64,000 bases of DNA from Octopus vulgaris (taxonomy: Eukaryota): contig OX597835.1 of the NCBI GenBank assembly GCA_951406725.2, forward strand, positions 8,804,001 through 8,868,000. Reading direction: 5' to 3'. Below, in pieces: positions 1 through 12,714 of the stretch. Made by a program: the position numbers and the translations under genes. Positions within the stretch are counted from its first letter, which is position 1; each line of letters starts with the position of its first letter. A model generated the notes under the pieces. It did not search any database and was not told the DNA's origin. It saw only the letters and a program-made list of their open reading frames with translations.

Positions 1-1132
1 GAGAAAAAGGTGTACTTGTAGGAAGATACAAAATTTAATATTCCCCTATATCGTTATCTTCTTAAACAGCTGCAGATGGCACATAATTAAGTGATGGTAA
101 CTATACCTGCACATTAGTGGTGCCTGCACACTAGTAGAACCTAGTAATGTTCCAAATTCAGAAAATGCAATTGATACGGCAAAGTGTAGCTCTAATCAAG
201 ACAGACTAAGAAAAAAATTGTCCAATTTATATTAATTAAATATAGATTCTACAACCAGAAGACAGTTTACAGCTTCGGCAGGAAACAGGAAACGAAACAA
301 CGAATGAAATACAATATTTGGGTTTATTACTGACCTTAACATTGTTACAAGGTGTCCAATAAAAATATGCATGAATTTATTCCTACAAAATATATGCATA
401 GGATTACGTATATTTGTATATATACATGCAGATATTTATGTATCGGTCCATCTGCCTGTCTATTTGTCTATGTATGTATATGTGTATATATGTATGGATC
501 TATCTAATATATATATATACAAATATATTAGACGACTTTACTGTATATGATAATGCCCACACATCTATCGCCTTGTGGGTATATACATATGCGTGAATGG
601 GTATGCATATGTGTCCATTTATATATATATATGCACGGCTTGATGTTTACTTATAACTCGTTGCAATTCTGAACAGTTATTGACTGTGCAGTGCCACAAC
701 TTACCAATTAATGTCTAATTTGAAAAATCTTCAGATATTCTGTAATAAGATTTTTATTAATATCATTAAGTGATCTGTCTTGTAGCAATTAACTGGTCTT
801 TATTAATTAATGCTCGCTAATAATGTGTTTTCTGTTGTTATTTATTCATTTCATACATTTAAGTTTTATATTCATAAAGTCATCTCAATTTTCCAGGAAA
901 ATTTGTGCTCTTCAAATTCAAGTGTACTCTTTATTTTTCAATTTTCTTTTCCTTATTCATTATAGAAGACGTTTTGCGTTTCTGAATCATGTCTGTCTGA
1001 ATTTGGGATTGAAATCTCCCTCACACCGGCTCAAATTAACCTTTTCATTCATTTTAATTTTTTTTGTTTTTAATATCATAAATACTTAATGTGCCGATAT
1101 CAATTCATTCTGTACGTCTGTGTAAAGCTATC

Positions 1133-1292
1133 GTACAGAGTGACTGTGTGGTAAGTAGCTTGCTAAACAACTACATGGTTCCGGGTTCAGTCCCACTGCG
1201 TGGCATCTTGGGCAAGTGTCTTCTGCTATAGCCCCGGGCCGACCAATGCCTTGTGAGTGGATTTGGTAGAGGGAAACTGAAAGAAGCTTGTC

Positions 1293-1356
<64 letters not shown>

Positions 1357-1593
1357 ATATATATATATGTATGTGTGTGTGTTTGTGTGTCTGTATTTGT
1401 CCCCCTAGCATTGCTTGACAACCGATGCTGGTGTGTTTACGTCCCCGTCACCTAGCGGTTCGGCAAAAGAGACTGATAGAATAAGTACTAGGCTTACAAA
1501 GAATAAGTCCCGGGGTCGATTTGCTCGACTAAAGGCGGTGCTCCAGCATGGCCGCAGTCAAATGACTGAAACAAGTAAAAGAGTAAAAGAGTA
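1133..1593 (+). mobile_element. tRNA-derived SINE family A, full length, with internal (TA)n(TG)n
   Basis: A-box/B-box-like head (TGACTGTGTGGTAAG...GGTTCAGTCCC), internal microsatellite, tail GGCGGTGCTCCAGCATGGCCGCAGTCAAATGACTGAAACAAGTAAAAGAG; many related copies in the window. Confidence 0.9.
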
Positions 1594-1619
1594 TCTAAAA
1601 ATGATAATTGTTTTCAACT

Positions 1620-1890
1620 TCATTATGATCGACATCATCGCTGTCACCATCTTTACCACCGACATCGTCCAACCTCCATCACCGTCGTCGACAACGACGT
1701 CGTCATCATTATAAACCTCGCTGTCATCGTCGTAATCAGCAACATCATCATTGACGACATCATCATCGTTGTAGTCGACATGGTCAAGATCATTAAGCTC
1801 CTCATCATGATGATGATCATCATCATCCTCAGTATCATCGTTGCTAACATCGTACTCTTTATCATCATCGGTGTCGTCGCTGTCGGATGC
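1620..1890. repeat. degenerate (CAT/CGT)n trinucleotide low-complexity tract
   Basis: runs of catcatcat/cgtcgt. Confidence 0.8.
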
Positions 1891-2000
1891 ATATTTATTC
1901 CTGTCTACAGGACTAATTAATGGAATCTAATTGGTCTCGTGTAATTGAAGCAGCCTTGGGATGCTATGCTATGCTCTCTCTCTCTCTCTATATATATATA

Positions 2001-2036
<36 letters not shown>

Positions 2037-2129
2037 GTCATCTCGTTCGTAATGTCCGTACTTTTATATTTTCAATTCATAAACGCTTCAAGAGTATTTC
2101 AGAATGTCTACTGACTTCAAGTAAAATTT

Positions 2130-2880
2130 ATATGTATTTGGACATATTTAAACTACTTGGATTTCATTTCACAGGATAACCTGGTTGAAATTTCACTAAT
2201 CATAGCTCTTCAAACATGAAAGTGTCGAAGGAACATTTGAAGCAAGCACATACGGTTTTATGAGTTACAAAAAAAGGGGAACTCTGCAGCTGAACCGATT
2301 CAAAATATTCAATCAGCTTATGGAGAGGTGTGTCGTGTAAAAGAGAACTTGCAAAAGATGATTTGTAAAATTCGAAGTGCAGATTTCGGCCTTCAAGTTT
2401 ATCGCATTAGTTAGTAGCAACTCACAGTGGATGACTCCTGTGCAATCCCACGAAACAGAGAGAAGAACCTTCTTTGCATGGAGTTCCCTTTTCGGTTGTG
2501 GTTGGGACTTTTCCCCCTTCACCGAGCGCCAATGTATACGATGCTGAACATGTTGATGAGGGACACATTTTTCGCCAACGATCACCAATTTGTCCCAAAA
2601 CATCGAGATGAATTTACGAGTGGAAGAGAAAAGCACTTTGAGTTGCTACCAACTAATGCAATAATCAATGCTCAAATCTGCTGACAGCAATTAGCATCTG
2701 AACGCTGCTTAAAAAAATAGCCTGCTTTAGTGAAATGAAAGTGAGTGGTGTTTCATCAGGACAATGCTAGACCCCACATTGTAACCATGGAAACTATATT
2801 GACAATTAAGTTTCATTAAAATGTAAAATTTGATCACATGTTTTCCTTATTTAAAATCCGGACATTACTTATGGGATGAC

Positions 2881-2886
<6 letters not shown>
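2130..2886 (+). mobile_element. degenerate mariner transposon with internal inversion
   Basis: + strand HTH-like N-terminus (KGNSAAE..NI.SAYGE); inverted block 2395-2622 encoding DKLVIVGEK and LHAKKVLLSVSWDCTGVIHCELL; + strand VFHQDNARPH; TIR-like end CATTACTTATGGGATGACCTGATA running into (TA)n. Confidence 0.85.
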
Positions 2887-2939
<53 letters not shown>

Positions 2940-2946
<7 letters not shown>

Positions 2947-3145
2947 CAATATGTGCCAATTAGTTGGTCGTCACGATAAAACTTAGAGTTCCGGATACCG
3001 GGGCTGAAGTCTGCTCCGGGATCTTCTCAGTTATTAAGACAAGAATTTTTCTGTATAACTGAGGAGATACCGGAGCAGACTTCAGCCCAGGTATCCGACA
3101 ACCAACATATGTATAGATAAATTCCTCTATTTTACATAATTGTTG
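2940..3145. mobile_element. short HHR-bearing PLE-type element as an inverted pair
   Basis: 43-bp inverted arms 2992-3034/3055-3097; arm consensus ATAA-CTGAGGA-GATACCGG..CCGGTATC-CG(A)AAC; flanks homologous to the 38340-38575 element; adjacent to (TA)n. Confidence 0.65.
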
Positions 3146-3148
3146 TCA

Positions 3149-3179
<31 letters not shown>

Positions 3180-3187
3180 ATACGTGC

Positions 3188-3250
<63 letters not shown>

Positions 3251-4696
3251 ATTGAAAACCAAGAGCGGAATAGAGATGTGTTGAGTTCCAAAATATTTTA
3301 ATTAAAACTTTTTGTACAGCATATATAACAATGACCAACATATGTTTCTACAACACCGACTGAACATTGCTTTTTATGCAATTATACCCCTTAATTGCTA
3401 CAAATCCACCTTAAAATAATCACTGACTACGTTTTCAAACCGAAATTTTTTAAAACAGGCTTCCTGCGTTGATATTCACTCGAAGGTGAAAGCATTACCT
3501 TTTAGAAGTTCAGTAAACCGTCATTGGTTTTACGCAAAGCGTTTCGGCGAAGCTGAACGATATGCAATTAAAAACGTATTTAGTCTGTTTAGAGCAAAGC
3601 AAAAATGTTCACCGTTGTCCCAATTATGAGTTTACAGGTGATACTGAAAGTCGTGAGTAGTAAGTTTCGTTTGTCAGTAATCGGAATACAATCCAACACA
3701 ATACATTTATGCGACTTCTCTTCTCACAGATATAAGAAACTGGACATTGAGAGAAGAATCATTTAATATTTTATTCAACAGAATACAATTATGCGCAATA
3801 CTGTCTTGAACAAATTCTCTCTTGATAGAATACTATTGAATATATCTCTATCGGATTATGCATGAGATAATCCCACTGAAATTTCCCAGAATCCATTAAT
3901 ATTTTATTCGAAGAAATGATTGCAGTCAATCAATTCTCTGCTATTTTCCCGATGTTTATATATTTTAGATGCGATTGTCGTTTTCTGATGACTGTATTGT
4001 CGTATTGTGAGAAACAGAAGGATTTGTTATGAAATATTTAACACACACACACATACACACACACACGCCAAGACACACATATGCGCACACACACACATAT
4101 ATATGGGCGTGTGTGTGTGTGCATGCGAGAACGTCGGTATAACCAGATATTTTTTCCTCTTGAGAAACATTTAAGATATCTTAACATTGTGATGTTAAAT
4201 ACTCAAAATGGTGGATTGTCTTTTGTGCCCAAACAATATTTTTTATTGGATCTCTGAAAGGCTTGTCGTTTTATTCCTCCTCTAAACCGCAATTTTCTTC
4301 CTCCTTCTTCAACTACATCTTCTTTCCTTTCGCTCTTACCATTCCTTCTATCGCATTGTTCCTGTCTTGTAATATCATTCAAATTCATCATTATTTTGCG
4401 ATGGTTAAATGGAAAAAAACTTTCAATCACTACATTTACATTGATTCTAAGTTGATGTATACAATTTGAAATTCAGCATATTTCCATTTTTAGGGCAATT
4501 TTACAGTTTTTACATTTCATTATCTTTTAATTCATATAAATGTACATTGTGCATGGGGAGTGACATTTGTCTTGTGACAGTGGTGGCTCATGATGCCTGT
4601 CTGTCTATCTGCCTGGCCATCTCATCTCTTTTTTTATATATGTATGTGTTTGTCTGTCTGTCTGACTGTCTGCATGTGAAGATAGATAGAAAGGTG

Positions 4697-4744
<48 letters not shown>

Positions 4745-4779
4745 GAGAGAATTATCATCCCCATAAACGTCTTTGGGCC

Positions 4780-4945
4780 AAACTTGGTTTTAAATGCCTG
4801 GTCATGCTCTGCCACCCATTTTTGGTACCAAAGCTATGGTATACTTCATCACTTTGTCACCTTGTGTCATTTCTGCATTCAATGGCATATCAGTGATTTG
4901 ATGTTCCTTACTCTTCCAGCAATGTCCAGCCAAACAAACTACTCA
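4780..4945 (-). mobile_element. possible RTE LINE ORF2 C-terminal relic
   Basis: minus strand reads AGHCWKSKEHQITDM, resembling the RTE C-terminal (F)AGHC.R motif; short and degenerate. Confidence 0.4.
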
Positions 4946-4999
4946 TTTTCTAAAACGAGACACAATGATGTCGAAAGAAACAGTATATATATATTAAAC

Positions 5000-5219
5000 T
5001 TATAATTTAGGGTATCCAAGAGATACCGCCACGCTGGAAATAGCAGACAAAACCTGACTCTAAAACTACATTAAATGTTCATACGGAACCAGGCGAGAAA
5101 CCAAAAAGGCAAAATAAACTAGCAAAAAATGACTGGATAATTCCAGATCCTGGTTTGAGAGTCAGCTTTTGGCTGCTATTTTCAGCGTGGTGGTATCTCT
5201 TAGATACCTTAAATTATAA
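5000..5219. repeat. inverted repeat, MITE-like or fold-back
   Basis: 69-bp arms 5000-5068 and 5151-5219 with about 8 mismatches; 82-bp spacer. Confidence 0.85.
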
Positions 5220-5332
5220 CTTTTATGATAATCATTACATTTGAAGGTTTTTATTCCCATGCTGTCCACTTGATAAGATCGATATTTAAATTAACGATCT
5301 TATCCTTATATACATATATATATATCTCTCTC

Positions 5333-5712
5333 TCTATATATAAACGGCAGTTTGTCTGTGCGTGTTTCTGTGTGTCTGTTTGCTTGTACCCTCACCCTGA
5401 CCACGGCTTTCAACCGATTCTGATGAAACTTGACACACACATAGCCCAATGTCATAATTCAAAACTAACGCTGTGAAAATTTTGAAAAGTTCCTCCAGTC
5501 CTGAAAAAAATTGATAAATTCGACATGGGGTCGAGAATCAGAAACACGAACCACAAACTGTCTAGGGGACGCAACTCCACCTTTTTTAAATCTCAAAAAA
5601 AATTTACCATCATTTTTTTCCATTTTTTTGCTATTTTTTGGCTATAACTCTCTAAAAATGCTTTATAGTTATTTCCCTTACAAACCTGAGCAACGCCGGG
5701 CGATACTGCTAG
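5333..5712 (+). mobile_element. non-autonomous Helitron
   Basis: 5' TCTATATATAAA, subterminal hairpin CCTGAGCAACGCCGGG, 3' CTAG followed by T. Confidence 0.8.
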
Positions 5713-6419
5713 TTATATATATATAAAAGAACAAATTGTTTAAAATACAAATTCAGTGGATGCGTATTACTTAACATCGAACTAAATATTCGTTGAAAAA
5801 CATAGTAAGATATTTCTAGAAAAATCTCGAAGGATGTCGACTAATTAGTATTGAGTATTCTCTACATTTACAATTATTTTCTGCTTGTTAAGCATTTTAT
5901 TATTTCTTACATTAACTTTTAATAAGATATTGTATTATCATCGTGTAACTTTTAGCCTTAAACACATCATCACAACAAAAATATTTAAATGTTTTCTTTT
6001 CTTTATTGGTTATAGAAATATTTATTACGTTCCCGCAAGAATATTTATTTACAGTCACTTCGAAGTTCCAGCCGGCTTAGCTGTCGCCGACTGCAATGCA
6101 TTGCAGTTAATCTTGACTTCATATAGGCTCTGTTCAGTTAAAATCTTCCTTGAGTTCGTGGATTTAAGTGGAATGGTAATTAATGGGTTAGGTAAATTTT
6201 TGTAATGGATCTTTTAAGAGTTCACAAAAGGATAGAAGCCTTAGTTGGTCAGATTCTTTACCTGTGATTCTTGTTATTTAGGTTATTCCCTGTTAGTAAT
6301 TGGAAGGTGGAGGTTAGTACCCTGGAATGTCAGGGTGCTGTATGTATAGGCATTTGTTTATTTTCTCCTTTGATGTTCACAAGAAGATGTGGGTGAGTGT
6401 AAACATTTTTGGTTATTAT

Positions 6420-6614
6420 TTTCATCTAATTAATGAGTAATTTTCATCTAATTAATGAGTAATTGTTCTATAAAAAATTGGAATAATAAGTAAAAATTTT
6501 AATATTTGTGTTTTATGGTTGAAGAGTAATTTTCATCTAATTAATGAGTAATTGTTCTAAAAAAATTGGAATAATAAATAAAACTTTTTAGCTTTGTGTT
6601 TTATGGTTGAAGAG
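6420..6614. repeat. local tandem duplications (about 22 bp and about 89 bp)
   Basis: TTTCATCTAATTAATGAGTAAT three times; AATTGTTCTA..TTTTATGGTTGAAGAG twice. Confidence 0.8.
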
Positions 6615-6822
6615 TTTTGGGGCTAAATACTTACAAGAATGTCTTCAATCCTGTTTCGGAACTGAGGGATGTATGCGGAAGTGGGTTAATATGAATAGTG
6701 CGTATAAACTCAGGTGTAACATAGGTAAAAACTAAAGTTAATTTAAAGATTGACTGAAAAATTTCAAATTTCACAAACAGAGAATTAAACAGAAATGGTT
6801 CTTACAACTTATTGTTTCATTG

Positions 6823-7256
6823 TTTTCTTTTACTTGTTTCTGTCATTTGACTGTGGCCGTGTATTAGCACCACCTTGAGGGATTTTACTTCAACAAAACG
6901 ACCCCAGGATTATTTAAAGCCTAGTACTTACTCTATCATTTCTTTTGCTGAACCGCTAACTTACGGGGACTTACGCACAACACCAGTTGTCAAAGCGGTG
7001 ATGGGGTACAAGCACAAACACACACACACACACAAACGCGCGCGCACACACACGCACACACACATACACACAAAAATATGTACATATAGATACGAGGGGG
7101 TTTCTTTCAGTTTCTGTCTACCAAATCCACTTACGAGTCTTTGGTTGGTCCGCTGCTATAGTTGAAGACACTTGCCAAAGGTGCGACGCAGTGGGACTGA
7201 ACCCAGAACCATGTGGTTGGGAAGCAAGCTTCTTACCATGCAACCATGCCGTATGC
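6823..7256 (-). mobile_element. SINE family A, diverged
   Basis: reverse complement of the 1133-1593 element with internal (CA)n. Confidence 0.85.
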
Positions 7257-8084
7257 AAATATATATTTATGTGCGTGCATCCAGGTTTATGGAGTTGCTT
7301 AAGAAAATATTTTGTGCAGTGTTTGATTGGATATAGCGAACGGAGGCTCTCTCACACACACACACAGGCACACATACACAAATACATACACACACATACA
7401 CGCGCATGCAACAACACACACACACACACGCACATACACACATCTGTACGTAGAACAGAAACCATTTGGTCTTCGCAATAATGCGACAGGTAGTTATTTG
7501 TTCGCTCATGAAAGGTGACTCTGGATGTCATACGGCGGTATTAGTTTGCAGAAGCTGAAGCTACGTATAAATTCAAGCTAGGGAATCAGTTTCAGATTCT
7601 AGTTATGTGTCTAGAATTATATTTAAGAAGTTAGCAATTCCTAAACGTGTCCAGAAGCTATCTTTACATGCGCTAAATTTATTTATTCTTCAAGGATAGA
7701 ATTAGGCAATTTTTGGTTAGCACGCACCGCAGTATATGTTCCGTGATGCATTTGCATAACTCTTCTATAATTACATAAACTGCAGGGCTGAGAATGGATT
7801 ATTGAAATGAGGTACGATTGCATATTTACTTGAATATTAATTCGAACATTGATGATGTGGAGGATGTCAAAGAACTCGTAAATTGTCGAAATGACCAAAA
7901 TTTATCTTCCACAAAAATAATACATTGTTGTCTAAATAGAATATATAACGATTATGATATCGAATATGGAATTCTTCATTTTATTAAGAAATATATTTTA
8001 CAATAAAAGCATTTTTATTTGAGTAGATTTATATATCATGGTTAATAGAATTTTATAATTATAGGAATTCCAGATGCAGGAAGG

Positions 8085-8290
8085 AATTTTTGTCAGTGAA
8101 TAGGTCGCGGTCTTATAGCGACGAAAGTATTTCGACAGACTAAACTAAAATGTTGAAGTGAATCGAACGGCTTTTCTGTGTTTCTTAAATGGCTTACAAA
8201 CACCTTCCACGCAGCAATTGTTTTCGTTCCAGCTCACGATCTCAGCTCAAATCACTTGCTATGCAAGTACATCTCCGTCATTTCAGATAT
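8085..8290 (+). mobile_element. short repeat beginning with a variant minimal HHR-like motif
   Basis: TGTCA-GTGAATA-G-GTCGC..GCGAC-GAAA-GTATTT-CGACA; second copy inverted at 49505-49641. Confidence 0.55.
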
Positions 8291-8589
8291 GAATTTAAGA
8301 AAATCAGCAATAAATGTAATCTTATGTCTAATTTAAATCTCTGATGTCTATTTCAAAATGCTTTTCTTGGCAAGAAGTGTATACAGATGCAGGTGTACCC
8401 CATCGCATAACTGATATGGTAACGCTTTTCTCTGTGATAATAGCTCGTACACAAGGAAAACTATAAGATTCCTGCCTTTCCTCCAGGCATTAACGGGCTA
8501 ACGAAAACTGAAATGTTTAAAACAGAGATTGAACAAACTTCACCTTTTAAACTTAAATGAAAATCTCTTCATATCGTACGCCTCTTATA

Positions 8590-8986
8590 TCTTTATATAT
8601 AAAAGCGAAGTTGTGTGTCTGTCTCCTACGATTTAGATTCCTAACTACTCCCACATTTTGCGGTGCAGTTTAACCAAAATCGGGTATCTTACAGTCGTGA
8701 TTCATATCGAGCCCTTCTGGGTATTAGCGCACGTCTACGATGAGTCTACGATCTAAAAAAAAAAAACCATCATTTTTTCCATTTTAATGCATTTTCCTCG
8801 CTATTATATAAGGGAAGTAACTCTCTAAAAATGTCTACGATGAGTCAACGATTTAAAAAAAAAATTGCCATCATTATTTTTCCATTTCTAATGCATTTTT
8901 TTGCCAGTTTTTGGCTATAACTCTCTAAAAATGCTTATATAGTTATTTCCCTTACAAACCCGAGCAACGCCGGGCGATACTGCTAG
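8590..8986 (+). mobile_element. non-autonomous Helitron
   Basis: A|TC start, hairpin CCCGAGCAACGCCGGG, CTAG|T end, no TSD; 3' part shared with 5333-5712; internal ~100-bp tandem duplication. Confidence 0.85.
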
Positions 8987-9627
8987 TCTCCGATAAAGAT
9001 GGATATTACAAAGGCAAAGCTCCTAGTAACAGGTCTGAAAATTGACACGTATCCAAGTATTCAAACTTTGTTGATCTAAAGAAGGGTGGACCTTATCAGA
9101 AAATTTGTCAAATCAGATAAATCAATTGTGAAACTTCAGATCAGCAATTTTATATCTTATTTCTGTTATACAACAATGCTTGATGTCTCATGTTTATCTA
9201 GAAATATATCATGTCTGAGAAAATATCCTATCAGAGAAATTGAAATAAAAGTGATTATACTCTTGATACAAAACAAAATGAAAGAAATAATTTGCTATGT
9301 GATAATAGATTATTATTAGGTAACTAGATATCAATGGGATATAACTATAAAATCTATCAACTAAGGTGTTATCACAAGACGTGGGTTTATTTCGTTTGTG
9401 TCAGTTGTATGAATTCAATAGAAAGAGGGCGGCGACAAAATAAATAGCTTCGATGGTGTATTGATTGAATAAAAGCGCTGGAAGATAAGAACATTTATCT
9501 ATCGTTTGCGCTTATCTCTCAACACACCGACTATATGTCGAAAGCCCAACACTAAAGAACGTCTGTCCGAACATATAATTTATACGCCAATGTAAATATA
9601 AGATATAAGTACGTATGGATGTTCTAT

Positions 9628-10200
<573 letters not shown>

Positions 10201-10206
<6 letters not shown>

Positions 10207-11460
10207 AGGATAATTGAGGAGAATTCGTTATAGGTATGAGAATATATACTAAAGAATTATAAAAAATTGAAGATGTTGAAACAAATATATTTATTAAAAA
10301 ACTGGACTCAACTTGGGTTGTAAATAACCCGATTTCCCTTATTGCCCCATCTGTGTTCTCTAATTGTATCTTATTTTATTTTTATTTGTATTCTTACTTT
10401 TATTTTCTATCTTCAATTATAATCATTTTCACTATGATTTAAATTTGTTCTTACATTTTTTGCATTGTTTTTCGAAACGTATGTATGCATTGAATCAAAT
10501 TTTATAATAAATATATTCCAATTTCAACATCTTTTCCCCATTTTTTTAATACTGCTTTATGTTATATAGTTATACCTATAACGAATCTCCTCAAATATTT
10601 TTTTCATATTCTTTTTACCTGTTTTGGCTTATTTTCATTAATATGATGAATCCATATAAGAAATCTCCTTTTCTCTCGTTTTAGATTCCCCCCAAAGTTT
10701 GAATAGTTTTTTTTTAACTTACCTTTTCTCACATACGCATCTGCTTATTATTATACATCATTATGATAAGTAAGAAGCCGATTTCTAGTAAAATATAAAA
10801 AAAGAGACGATAAATTTGGAAGCATCTCTCAAAGACATCCCTTACCCACACGTAAGGAATATATTAAAGATATTATGGATAAATTCCACGATATCTCTAA
10901 AAGAATCAGATGGAAATCTTTCTTCTTTGAAAAACGCTATGGCACAGACGAAATAAATACGGATACCAGCAATGAACTTTCAGATATTAGAAAGAGTTTT
11001 AAATCTAGACGTACCCCTCATGCTAATAGGATAATAGAATATTTTGAAGGCAATTTTGGAGATTACTACACAATATTATGTTTAAGAAAAATATCCCAAA
11101 GAACAATCACCTACGATTCTTGTGTAATATGGTCAACCAGCTTCGACTAGCAGAAGATATTATTGTCCAGTCAGATAAAACAGGAAATCTGTATAATTTT
11201 GATATTGACTAATACAAGAAACTTCTACATAGAGCGATAACTAGCAAATATAAAGTCATCAGCGAAGTTGTTCTTAACAACGACTTAATAGCTAAGAAGA
11301 TAGTGAGTGATTACAAAATCGATGACGTCACTGAAATATGCTAACCTTCTAGACCCAGGATTACCCTGAAGGAGCATAAACTAAATGTTCATTCAGATAC
11401 GAAAGTGCGAAACGATGGGAAACTTAGTAAACTTTTGGATAAATACCTTAATAAGTACTT
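10201..11460 (+). mobile_element. Penelope-like element 5' part with upstream inverted repeat
   Basis: frameshifted SLKDIPLPTRKEYIK..KRIRWKSFFF, IVQSDKTGNLY (DKT/DKG motif), ITLKEHK; degenerate inverted repeat about 10201-10311 vs 10490-10597 upstream. Confidence 0.75.
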
Positions 11461-11550
11461 TAAATTCAGGATAAATACCATAATGTCCTTAAATCAAGTT
11501 ATATTCCACACTCTCAAACACACTGGAAACTATAAGATGGTTGCATTGCT

Positions 11551-11597
<47 letters not shown>

Positions 11598-11912
11598 TCT
11601 ACGCACACACACACATATATACATATATATATTAAAAGAATGAACGTAGTAAAATTAGAGCAACATTTCTTTTCTAGATTGAAGATTCCTTGATATAATA
11701 ATTGCTCAAAGTGGGGAACTCACCTACCTACCCATCAGGCATGGGATACATTTTTTATATGAAAATCATATTTTATGAGGGATTCCTTAACGACGGAGTA
11801 AACTAATATATAAAGTTAATCCAAACATGAAAACACAAAGAGAAAACACAACGCGAGGACGTGGAACAAGTAGAGTATTATAGGACGCTCAGGAAGGAAG
11901 GGAAGAAGGAGG

Positions 11913-11947
11913 GTTTAACATTTCGAGCGGAGCTCTTCGTCAGAAAC
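11913..11947 (-). ncRNA. minimal type I hammerhead ribozyme motif within a short repeat (about 11810-12010)
   Basis: minus strand GTTT-CTGACGA-A-GAGC-TCC-GCTC-GAAA-TG-TT-AAAC: core plus stems I and II. Confidence 0.7.
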
Positions 11948-12637
11948 ATAAGAAAAAAAAAGATCCAGATATGGGAAGAAGGAGGGAAAAAATCGCCAAC
12001 GGTACACACCAATATAAACTAATATAATATATAATATAATATAATATACATTAATATATACTTTGATTATCTTTGCGATGATATTTGAAGTGTTACCAAT
12101 AAAATATTGGAGATATTAGATATCGAAACAAAATATAAAACCGAAATGTATTAGGGGTGTTAGCATATTTTTCGAAAACAGGATATATAAACAATGAGAA
12201 CTAGCAAGGGCTATTCTTTAAAGAATTATATGGTAGTAGGAAACATAAAGGAGAATATCCAAATAAGGAATTGCGATTTAAGTAATTGATTATTTCGGCA
12301 AATATGGCTAATGTAATTTTGATGTATGGACGGTTTTCTATGATTCTGAAAATTTGAAATGTGAAGCCTCTGGATATCGGAGTGTTGGACGCGTCAAAGG
12401 TTAAAATATCTGACGCAATAATGTAATGTAATAGATGCGTTGTGATTCAAGGGGTTATGTTCCCTAGATGATGCTAGGCATGTGTGTGTGTAAGGGGGGG
12501 TACCGAAAGTATTTTATCATACAGTGAAAGTGAAAAATGTTTGTACGTTCGTGGAAGCTTGACAGAGTTTATATATATAAATAAATAAATATATATATTT
12601 TAATTATAGAATAAACTAAATTCAGCAAGTAATTTCT

Positions 12638-12668
<31 letters not shown>

Positions 12669-12714
12669 TATACGTGCATATATACACAGAATTTCGAAAC
12701 ACACATACACTCAC

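Noticed and set aside
6030-6820. Probable decayed retroelement
   Set aside because: Looks repeat-derived but no diagnostic protein motif could be read.
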